Shown here in pieces: positions 57,079-64,000 of a DNA stretch of 64,000 nucleotides (position 1 is the stretch's first letter; every line of letters begins with the position of its first letter). The position numbers and the translations under genes were made by a program. The DNA is taken from positions 17,479 through 81,478 of the IMG/VR virus record IMGVR_UViG_3300030002_000007; one strand, 5' to 3'. The stretch is from a virus. The notes beneath the pieces are model-generated. The model saw nothing but the letters and a program-made list of their open reading frames with translations. It was not told the origin of the DNA and ran no database searches.

Positions 57079-57518
57079 GAGTAGGGCCGCGTAGCAACCG
57101 CGGGTCACTGGGCCTAACAGGCCAGGCATCGAAAAGATGCGTGATGCGATTACGTGGTAGGCCGAGGCTATGTCAGTATCGAATCTGGTCCACCGACCCA
57201 TTTTTGTAATCCGGCTCGTTTGTAGTGTGTCGTTCTTTCACAACGCGCATTTACGCGGAGCTTGTAGCCTCCTGTTGGCTGGTATATCTGACAGGGTCTC
57301 GCTACTAGTTCTTCGATTGTTGGCAGGTGCCGGATTGCAAGTCGTATGTTCCCTGCCAGCAACTCCCTTTCAAAGCTAGAACGTCGGAATCGTTTTTCAC
57401 GTACGGTCCGGCAGTAACTCCGCTAGTAATATACCTAACAACTCATCGCCATCTTTGCCTGCCGGTCCACACCGGCGGCCGCGTGCGAAACACGAGCCTC
57501 GGAGTTACAACCCTATTC
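57079..57518 (+). ncRNA. putative large (~440 nt) multi-stem ncRNA
   Basis: Non-coding gap packed with hairpins and long-range complementarities. Confidence 0.6.
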
Positions 57519-57615
57519 TACTCATCCGAGTAACACTGTAAATACTGTAGATAACAATTAGAAAGGAGGAACTCGTAAATGGGTGTCCTCCTTTCTCGCA
57601 TTGTGGTTTCCGAAA

Positions 57616-57786
57616 ATGCAAACGCGCTGTGCCACCTGTAACGTAAAACTGACGAACAAAGAACTCTCGGCAGGTACCATCTTCTGTACGCCCTGTACTC
57701 ATACTTGGTGGGCTACAGCCCACGCCATCTACTACCGCAAACTTCCAAAGGAACTCAAGCATGACCTCGACCCACCTATGGGGTGA
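57616..57786 (+). CDS. small Zn-finger-like protein
   Basis: CATC...CTPC. Confidence 0.5.
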   Translation: MQTRCATCNVKLTNKELSAGTIFCTPCTHTWWATAHAIYYRKLPKELKHDLDPPMG

Positions 57787-58369
57787 ATGTCCCGTCGGCA
57801 CTGCCGATGCAGACGAGACCCAAGCTATCACCTTCGCATTGTTTGACTTCCTAGAGCTCAATAAGGACACACCCGTTGCCCTGATCGACATTGATGGTGT
57901 TGTGCTCAACAACAATCACAGGCTTCACCACATCGTCGAGACAGGTGCAGATGGGAAGCAACGTCCTCGATCTGACCCTGACTGGAAAGCGTTCCACGCA
58001 GCCGCGCATCTCGACACTCCCGGTGTGTTTGCACCGATAGTGAGAGACCTAATTATCGGGCAGTACTATCCGATCTTCCTCACGGCACGCGTTGAGATTT
58101 GGGACACCACGAGATCCAACTTGGTCCAGATGCTCAGTGCTGCTATTCAGTACCCTATCGACCCGCGCTTCATCATTCTCCGTGATCGAGACTCTTCGTG
58201 GCCTGCCGACAAGTTCAAGGCCCACATCGTCAGCCAGATGATTATGCGTGGTATCAAGATCGGAGTAGCACTCGATGACTCTCACGCCAACTGCCAAGCG
58301 TATCGGCTAATGGGCATCCCTGTTCTCCGGGCATACAATCATCTACGCGAAGACGCGTTGGAGTACTGA
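57761..58369 (+). CDS. HAD-family phosphatase (Pnkp phosphatase-like)
   Basis: IDIDGV, FLTAR, FK, LDD. Confidence 0.8.
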   Translation: MTSTHLWGECPVGTADADETQAITFALFDFLELNKDTPVALIDIDGVVLNNNHRLHHIVETGADGKQRPRSDPDWKAFHAAAHLDTPGVFAPIVRDLIIGQYYPIFLTARVEIWDTTRSNLVQMLSAAIQYPIDPRFIILRDRDSSWPADKFKAHIVSQMIMRGIKIGVALDDSHANCQAYRLMGIPVLRAYNHLREDALEY

Positions 58370-58370
58370 C

Positions 58371-58871
58371 ATGACACTTGACGACGTGATCGTAGTCACC
58401 AACAACCTTGACTATGCTTCTGAAAAAGAGCTTGAGGTAGTGTATGTAGTCGGCAAGAACTCCACACCACAAGACATTAAACTCATGCGCTCGGCGATCC
58501 TTGAGTTGTGGAGAATAGCTGAGAGCCTTCCATACTGTACTTGGTACGGGCTCTACGGGTTGCAACGCGGTGTCCTGAACATTGTAGCTGAGAGTCGAGT
58601 TGCGGTATGGACAGAGTACGATATGGACTATGCCATTATGCGAGGCTTGAACCCCGTGCGGTTCTTTACCGGATATGGCCTAGTTCTTTGGAGTGCCGAA
58701 GTCCGAGCCTTCGACAAGCCCTTGATCCAAACTCCAGTGCGCCCTAGCTACACGGGTGACACCTGGCTCACAAACATGGCCTCAGTAGGAACCTTAAAGG
58801 GCCGTGGTGTTATTTTCAACCCTATCAACATCAGAGAGGCCACAAATGAAACTCCTGCGCAACATACCTGA
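58371..58871 (+). CDS. hypothetical protein
   Basis: Coupled ORF. Confidence 0.6.
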   Translation: MTLDDVIVVTNNLDYASEKELEVVYVVGKNSTPQDIKLMRSAILELWRIAESLPYCTWYGLYGLQRGVLNIVAESRVAVWTEYDMDYAIMRGLNPVRFFTGYGLVLWSAEVRAFDKPLIQTPVRPSYTGDTWLTNMASVGTLKGRGVIFNPINIREATNETPAQHT

Positions 58872-59205
58872 ACGCAAAGGCCGTTGTAAGTACGCACTGA
58901 TACGGCTCGACAAACTCGGCCTCTCTGACACACAGATCGGCAACATGACTCTGACTGAATTGCTCTTCTGTCTAAGCTCTACTCCACGGGCAGATGGCAC
59001 CAAGCTCGAAGACCTGATCGAGTTCGGTGAGCCCGGTTCCGAGAACGAATTCTTCACTGTCAAGCTCAAGGATCGCAACAGTCCTGCGGCCTTGGCTGCG
59101 TACAGTGGCCGCATTCACGCGAAAGATCCCGGGATGGCCGATGACGTTTTCCAGCTCATTGAGAGAGCCGGACAGAATCACCTTTCCTGCAAAGACCCGG
59201 ACTAA
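58846..59205 (+). CDS. hypothetical phage protein
   Basis: KYALIR...EFFTVKLKD...AALAAY. Confidence 0.65.
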   Translation: MKLLRNIPERKGRCKYALIRLDKLGLSDTQIGNMTLTELLFCLSSTPRADGTKLEDLIEFGEPGSENEFFTVKLKDRNSPAALAAYSGRIHAKDPGMADDVFQLIERAGQNHLSCKDPD

Positions 59206-59209
59206 TACG

Positions 59210-59959
59210 ATGACGATCAAATCAGACAAGTGGATCAAGCGCCAGTGCATGGCGCCATCCTTCGTGGTTCAAACCTTGGTGCCCCAAGCACAGCACCCGA
59301 TGGGCGACGTATATATGATCCCCTACGAACAGTGGATCCCCTCTTGGGCTACCGTTGAACAACTCGAAGATCAGATCCGGGAACACAAAGTCCTTGACTG
59401 CCGACCCTTGACGGCAGAAGAAGTGTTGGCCTTCAAGCCCATGATCGAGCCATTCGAGCCCTCACAGGTTCGGCAGCTTGAGGGGAATAAAGTGATCAGC
59501 TATGGACTGTCGAGCTATGGTTACGACATTCGTGCCTCTGACGAGTTCAAGGTCTTCACCAACATCAACTCAACCATTGTCGATCCCAAGAACTTCGATC
59601 CAGGTTGCTTCGTTGATGTCTCGGGCAAGGGCTACTGCATCATCCCTCCGAACAGCTTCGCGTTGGCCCGCACGGTCGAATACTTCCGCATTCCTCGCAA
59701 CGTGCTGACTATCTGCTTGGGCAAGAGCACCTACGCCCGTTGCGGCATCGTGGTCAACGTCACTCCGTTCGAGCCTGAGTGGGAAGGGCATGTCACGCTG
59801 GAGTTCTCCAACACCACGCCATTGCCAGCCAAGATTTACGCCAACGAAGGTGTGGCTCAGGTCATGTTCTTCGAGAGCGATGAAGACTGCGAAGTCTCCT
59901 ACAAAGACCGGCAGGGCAAGTACCAAGGGCAGCAGGGCGTAACAGTGCCGAGAGTCTGA
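59210..59959 (+). CDS. dcd: dCTP deaminase with an N-terminal insertion
   Basis: MTIKSDKWI...[33 protein letters not shown]. Confidence 0.95.
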   Translation: MTIKSDKWIKRQCMAPSFVVQTLVPQAQHPMGDVYMIPYEQWIPSWATVEQLEDQIREHKVLDCRPLTAEEVLAFKPMIEPFEPSQVRQLEGNKVISYGLSSYGYDIRASDEFKVFTNINSTIVDPKNFDPGCFVDVSGKGYCIIPPNSFALARTVEYFRIPRNVLTICLGKSTYARCGIVVNVTPFEPEWEGHVTLEFSNTTPLPAKIYANEGVAQVMFFESDEDCEVSYKDRQGKYQGQQGVTVPRV

Positions 59960-59960
59960 C

Positions 59961-60203
59961 ATGACTACCGGAATTGATGACTACGGTTTGTTGCGTGAGG
60001 GCTGGGCTATTCGTTTAGATAGGGACGATCTCTTATCTAGTAAGAAGCATGTGTTCCCGGAAGCAGAGGCTGAGACTCACACTCCTAAAGACTGTTCGTG
60101 TTGTCCGACGATTGATGAAGCCCGTGGTTTGGTTCTTCATCATGCGTTTTCTGGGAGCCTTCCAACCTTGTCAAGGATTCAAAATGACTGCCAACACGCC
60201 TGA
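59961..60203 (+). CDS. hypothetical protein
   Basis: HVFP...H..DCSCCP...HHA. Confidence 0.55.
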   Translation: MTTGIDDYGLLREGWAIRLDRDDLLSSKKHVFPEAEAETHTPKDCSCCPTIDEARGLVLHHAFSGSLPTLSRIQNDCQHA

Positions 60204-60690
60204 GTACTATCTGTCGTTTGCCCGAACAGTTGCTGCCGCGCTGCCGCCCGCCCCTTCTTTCAACATCCCGCTATCCATAGACCTGATCGCCAACATGCGT
60301 GTCTCGCTGACTCATCGTGGTGTAGTCGCGAACCACGTATTCCTCGGCTCTACGGTATGGAGCCTACTGATGGGTTATCAGGACTTCACAGACATGTTCG
60401 ACCCCGTGACCGAGGCAGAAGTCCTAGCTAGTGGTCATCTAGGCACCTTGTTTGGTTCGTTCGTATTCACCGATTGCTACTTCGAGCTCGACAACCGAGT
60501 GTTCACTAACGACCTGCTTGCCGTCGCCTCTATAGACTTCCCGTCCAAGCGCGACACCGTGGTGGTGCGCGACATAGTCGCCGTGCATTGCGGATCGCTG
60601 CTTCGTCAGAAGCTGGTGGTCGACAATTCTGCGCTTGATTCAGTTAAGTCAGACCTGAGTTCTATCAAGCGCCATCTCGGTCTATTCTAA
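60184..60690 (+). CDS. protein resembling a fragment of a jumbo-phage major capsid protein
   Basis: W.LLMG..DF..MFDPVTEAEVLASGHLGTLFG..VFTD; resemblance recalled, not searched. Confidence 0.5.
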   Translation: MTANTPEYYLSFARTVAAALPPAPSFNIPLSIDLIANMRVSLTHRGVVANHVFLGSTVWSLLMGYQDFTDMFDPVTEAEVLASGHLGTLFGSFVFTDCYFELDNRVFTNDLLAVASIDFPSKRDTVVVRDIVAVHCGSLLRQKLVVDNSALDSVKSDLSSIKRHLGLF

Positions 60691-60700
60691 AGGAGCCACC

Positions 60701-61003
60701 ATGATTTCCAGAATTCACATTCGTCTTACCTTTCCATCTAGGAGATCAGAGACCTACGTAGCTGACGTAGGCGAAAGTCCTCAGGTCTTTACCTTAGTGC
60801 GTCCCACTACACGCAACCCTGACGATAAGCTGTTGGAAGCACACGTTGTGTTTCGCGATGTCGCTTCAGGTGAAGAAGTACCTTGGGGGTTCACTATCAT
60901 GTCCGATCAGGCCATGGATTATTTCCCTCCCAGTTACATTAACGTTCCGTCGAAGCCCTCCATGTTCAGTATGCTCCGGGGCCTCTTCAGGAAGGCATCA
61001 TGA
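60701..61003 (+). CDS. hypothetical protein
   Basis: RBS AAGGAG. Confidence 0.6.
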   Translation: MISRIHIRLTFPSRRSETYVADVGESPQVFTLVRPTTRNPDDKLLEAHVVFRDVASGEEVPWGFTIMSDQAMDYFPPSYINVPSKPSMFSMLRGLFRKAS

Positions 61004-61233
61004 CTGCGGCTCAGTTCTATCCGCATCACGAGTGTGACTTTCCTGACGATGCAAGCTCCACGATCACGTGCAGAAAGTGCGGTAAGCTTTTCCATCTGAG
61101 CGACAAGGACGTGCGGCAAAAGCTCAAGGACGCGGTCTGTCCAGAAAGCCTACTTCATCGTGTCACCCTCGGCGATGTCTCGGAGGTAACAACAATTGCC
61201 GATACGAAGATCCGCTATAAAACGCACCTGTAG
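61000..61233 (+). CDS. hypothetical protein
   Basis: Coupled, CxxC. Confidence 0.55.
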   Translation: MTAAQFYPHHECDFPDDASSTITCRKCGKLFHLSDKDVRQKLKDAVCPESLLHRVTLGDVSEVTTIADTKIRYKTHL

Positions 61234-61251
61234 ACCCCTGATTTTGCCCTA

Positions 61252-61280
61252 TTGACACCCAACACCAGATGTGATATAAT
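61252..61280 (+). promoter_or_regulatory. consensus sigma70 promoter
   Basis: TTGACA-17-TATAAT with extended -10 TG. Confidence 0.85.
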
Positions 61281-61428
61281 CGTTTTGTAGGTTAGTGGAG
61301 AATCAGCAAAACTCCGGTTCATTCAATTATCATTCCGGGAGATCGTTATTGAAGAAAACTCTTTCACATTCAGCGCGCAGTATCAAAAACATCCTTTCAG
61401 TTTCAAAATATAAAGAGGGAGTTTCGCC

Positions 61429-62130
61429 GTGTTAAAGAAAGACGTATTAGGAACAGCATCATCGAAGTCATTGGAAGACGCTTTTAAGTGCGGCGAGTGC
61501 CTGCACTTTACGCAATCGTGTCACCCTCGCCGTGAGGCAGTATGTAAGACCCTAGGCGTGCGAGCCTTCGCATTAGCCCCAGCATGTTTCACCCCTGACG
61601 TTACAAAAATAATCACCAACACAGAACAGTTCGTAGTTCTGGCGTCAATCTTCAATTCCTATACTGCTCAGCAGAAGCGTATCCTCCTTGGTACGCTGCG
61701 TGGCAACAAGACCACCAAAGGAACAAAAAACCTCAAGTTCGGAACTAAGGTCTATCTCAAGACTGGCAAGGACGTACTCAACTCCTACTACTGTGCCTAC
61801 GTTGTCGGCTACACAAGTTGCGGAGAGCTCATCCTGGCCGGCAGCGCAGATCGTCGATCAGCAGGCTCGACATTCTTCGCGTACTTGAAAACTACAGAAG
61901 GCTTGCTCACACCAAAAGAGTGGAAGCTCAAACGAGCAGAGCTTGTGAGCCGAAGCGCATTCGATGACACCACCAACAGAAAGGATAGTGCCCTACACGA
62001 CAAGTACTTGGACTACGAAGTCCCAACCATTGACACCAACCCCGAAATGTTCGAGCGACGCGATGGTGCTAAGCCTGCACGAAGAAAGAGCATGCGTGCT
62101 ACAGAGTTGACAGAATTCATCGTTTCGTAA
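61429..62130 (+). CDS. hypothetical protein with N-terminal Cys cluster
   Basis: CGECLHF...C...C; GTG start with RBS. Confidence 0.7.
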   Translation: MLKKDVLGTASSKSLEDAFKCGECLHFTQSCHPRREAVCKTLGVRAFALAPACFTPDVTKIITNTEQFVVLASIFNSYTAQQKRILLGTLRGNKTTKGTKNLKFGTKVYLKTGKDVLNSYYCAYVVGYTSCGELILAGSADRRSAGSTFFAYLKTTEGLLTPKEWKLKRAELVSRSAFDDTTNRKDSALHDKYLDYEVPTIDTNPEMFERRDGAKPARRKSMRATELTEFIVS

Positions 62131-62148
62131 TTCGGGGGTCACAACACC

Positions 62149-63096
62149 ATGTTAAGTTCCATACTAGAAGTCCCACGGGGAGATTTTGATCGAGTTGCCA
62201 GTGGGCTCTTTGCTTACTTGTTCGGCCTGATAAACAGGCAGCGCTTCTTCGAGTTCGTCGAGGATCGCGCATTAGCCAAGCAGGTGCTGGCTGCATCAAG
62301 AAGTTCGGGTTACGTCCTCAAAGACTGCAAGCTGTTTGCCCATGCACACTACGTCACTCGAAAGGAAGACAAGCACCCGAGCCCGCTAGCCTATAGCGTC
62401 ACGCGCAAGGACGCAAATTTCCTCAAACGTCTCGACCTCAAGACTGACCGCTTCTGCTATTTCACTCCTGAGCAGTTTGATCGGCTGATTGCCAAGTCCC
62501 TACTAACCCCGGACATGCGAGCCCACATCGGCAAGCTAGTTTCCAAGAAGATGACCTTCTTGGTGTCCTCATACGGAGTCACGAAAGACGACCTAGCATC
62601 CACTTTACGCAACGCTGCTTTGCGTGCCTTGTATCAACAGTACCCACGATACGAGTCAGCACTTCATGCGAAGAACATCTGCAAGACGACAATTCATAAC
62701 ACCGCAATGAACCTCATTCAGTATCACACGCGAGGCAAGCGTCAAATGCTCCGCTCTGTGTTGGGTGGGGGTGCCTTCGAGAGCGTCCATGTTCCTATGG
62801 AAGCTGTTTTCGACATGGCTGCACCAAAGCAAGACAGTACATCGATCCTAGTCCTCAAGGATCTAGCAGCAATCGAGGACAAGATCCCGGCAAGGGGGCA
62901 GGAGTTTGTGAAGGCCGCAGTAGGTGCCTATCACGAAGGCTTGTCAGTCTTCATCGGGGAAGACAACAGGGACGCCGTAGAGCGTATGAGTTATGAGCAG
63001 TACCTCAAGACCCTGCGTTCCTACTTCAATATAACCGAACAGCAGAACGACGCACTGTTCAACAGCCTCAAGCCTTATCTCAGGGAGTGTCTGTAA
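62149..63096 (+). CDS. putative phage sigma-factor-like protein
   Basis: Region-2-like KDDLASTLRNAALRAL..YP.Y...IHNTAMNLIQYHTRGKR. Confidence 0.5.
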   Translation: MLSSILEVPRGDFDRVASGLFAYLFGLINRQRFFEFVEDRALAKQVLAASRSSGYVLKDCKLFAHAHYVTRKEDKHPSPLAYSVTRKDANFLKRLDLKTDRFCYFTPEQFDRLIAKSLLTPDMRAHIGKLVSKKMTFLVSSYGVTKDDLASTLRNAALRALYQQYPRYESALHAKNICKTTIHNTAMNLIQYHTRGKRQMLRSVLGGGAFESVHVPMEAVFDMAAPKQDSTSILVLKDLAAIEDKIPARGQEFVKAAVGAYHEGLSVFIGEDNRDAVERMSYEQYLKTLRSYFNITEQQNDALFNSLKPYLRECL

Positions 63097-63303
63097 ATGT
63101 TTACCAGTACGAGGGAATCAGTACCGTTCGCAACGAACCGCGAGTGTACTCAACACAGGGGCATGGTGCCAAGTAGCGACAAGGGGGAGTTTGTAGTTTC
63201 CCCTGACCGGATGCATCGTCGGTATGTTTGTGCTTCTTGTGCTCAACGCAACACTAACAAGCTGGCCGCTCTGTTCGGCGTCGATGAATTGACGGAGGCT
63301 TGA
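63097..63303 (+). CDS. hypothetical protein
   Basis: Coupled, CxxC. Confidence 0.5.
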   Translation: MFTSTRESVPFATNRECTQHRGMVPSSDKGEFVVSPDRMHRRYVCASCAQRNTNKLAALFGVDELTEA

Positions 63304-63582
63304 CATGTCGAGGATACGAACCGTAGTCCAAGTCGTGTCAATCCTTCTTGTGGGTTTCGTGGGAGTAGCTTTGCTGAAAGCTAGCAACGTTGCTCCTTTC
63401 CTCTTTGTCACCTATTGAGATCGCTATGGCAGCTCAGAAGTTTGACCACAACGAAAAATATCTGCAGCCGGGCATGCAACGTTACTATGCCCCGTCGATC
63501 TCGGCGTCGCGGAAGAAAGAGAACGAGGCCCGGCATCGGCTGGAGAACCTCAGAGAAGAACTCGAGCTCAAGAGGGAACAAG

Positions 63583-63828
63583 ATGGCTACGTCTGAAAAC
63601 GTAAAGTCTCCGATCACTGACCGCATCCGCAAGGAAATTGATCTAGAGATAGCAGAGCTCAAGAAGCTCAATCGACAAGCACCCTCGAAGCTGTATCTCG
63701 GCACCGCAAGTTACGCAGCCTTCAAGAAATCACTCGGCATCACCTCGAATCAGCAAATAGGTGCGTACCGAGACTTGAAGGTTAGCGTCATCTCCGACTC
63801 ACCTGCACTTGTCTTCAGGATGTCTTAA
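63583..63828 (+). CDS. hypothetical protein
   Basis: Coupled ORF. Confidence 0.55.
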   Translation: MATSENVKSPITDRIRKEIDLEIAELKKLNRQAPSKLYLGTASYAAFKKSLGITSNQQIGAYRDLKVSVISDSPALVFRMS

Positions 63829-63830
63829 CA

Positions 63831-64000
63831 ATGCGAATCCCAAATAGCCCGTTTCAGTTCTCTCCCAACTTCGACGCCATCCTTAACGTGTGCGATGCGC
63901 GCCAAGCGTGGGAGTGTTTCTTAGCCTTCAACTCCTCCGGCCAACTCCCCTACCACAATTCGACTCACACCCGCTTTGTGGTTGAAGACGCATTCATGCT
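63831..64000 (+). CDS. HD/PDEase-like protein (5' part only)
   Basis: Hand translation ...GQLPYHNSTHT... (PYHNxxH motif); open to the window end. Confidence 0.55.
   Translation, partial: MRIPNSPFQFSPNFDAILNVCDARQAWECFLAFNSSGQLPYHNSTHTRFVVEDAFM

Noticed and set aside
57079-57518. RNase P RNA, or the short ORFs 57170-57379 and 57327-57533
   Set aside because: The RNase P core sequence GAGGAAAGUCC is absent; the ORFs lack an RBS and phage-like codon use.
19320-63704. Minus-strand ORFs in the right arm (e.g. 23967-24581, 27421-28041, 38495-38950, 48415-49002)
   Set aside because: They overlap coupled plus-strand genes; the Ser/Phe-rich ones mirror acidic or Lys repeats.
1-64000. Stop-codon reassignment or prophage status
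   Set aside because: Genes are full length and dense in the standard code with all three stops used; no integrase, att site or host gene block was seen.

Overview
This 64-kb window looks like part of a large lytic (jumbo-type) dsDNA phage genome, probably infecting a proteobacterium: the dCTP deaminase is betaproteobacterial-type, there is a spanin pair, and there are sigma70 promoters and IHF boxes. No integrase, CRISPR array or rRNA was seen. Bases 1-17.8 kb are transcribed leftward. They carry a 7-deazaguanine gene cluster (TGT/DpdA-like, QueC, QueD) with a PRTase, DUF2264-like protein, GT-A glycosyltransferase, APS-kinase-like and NTase-like genes interleaved. Also here are spanins, dNMP kinase, primase, an atypical family-A DNA polymerase and an Mre11/SbcD nuclease. 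A ~670-bp divergent gap at 17.8-18.5 kb holds a ~250-nt nested inverted repeat next to an SF2 helicase-like gene and is a candidate replication origin. Bases 18.5-64 kb are transcribed rightward. They encode a Dda-like helicase, NAD-dependent ligase, many small early genes behind repeated promoters, a two-subunit type II topoisomerase, a MoxR/vWA pair, an SLT transglycosylase, DenV-like, HAD, Dcd and a sigma-like protein. The best novelty candidates are: (i) a deazaguanine pathway fused with a sugar/kinase module, suggesting a possible new DNA hypermodification; (ii) a set of tRNA-scaffolded, non-decoding ncRNAs plus a ~440-nt ornate RNA; (iii) a TGTAAAT(A) phage promoter motif with a candidate sigma factor; and (iv) stand-alone portal-like and capsid-like fragments. 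All family calls come from motif recognition by eye; no searches were run.
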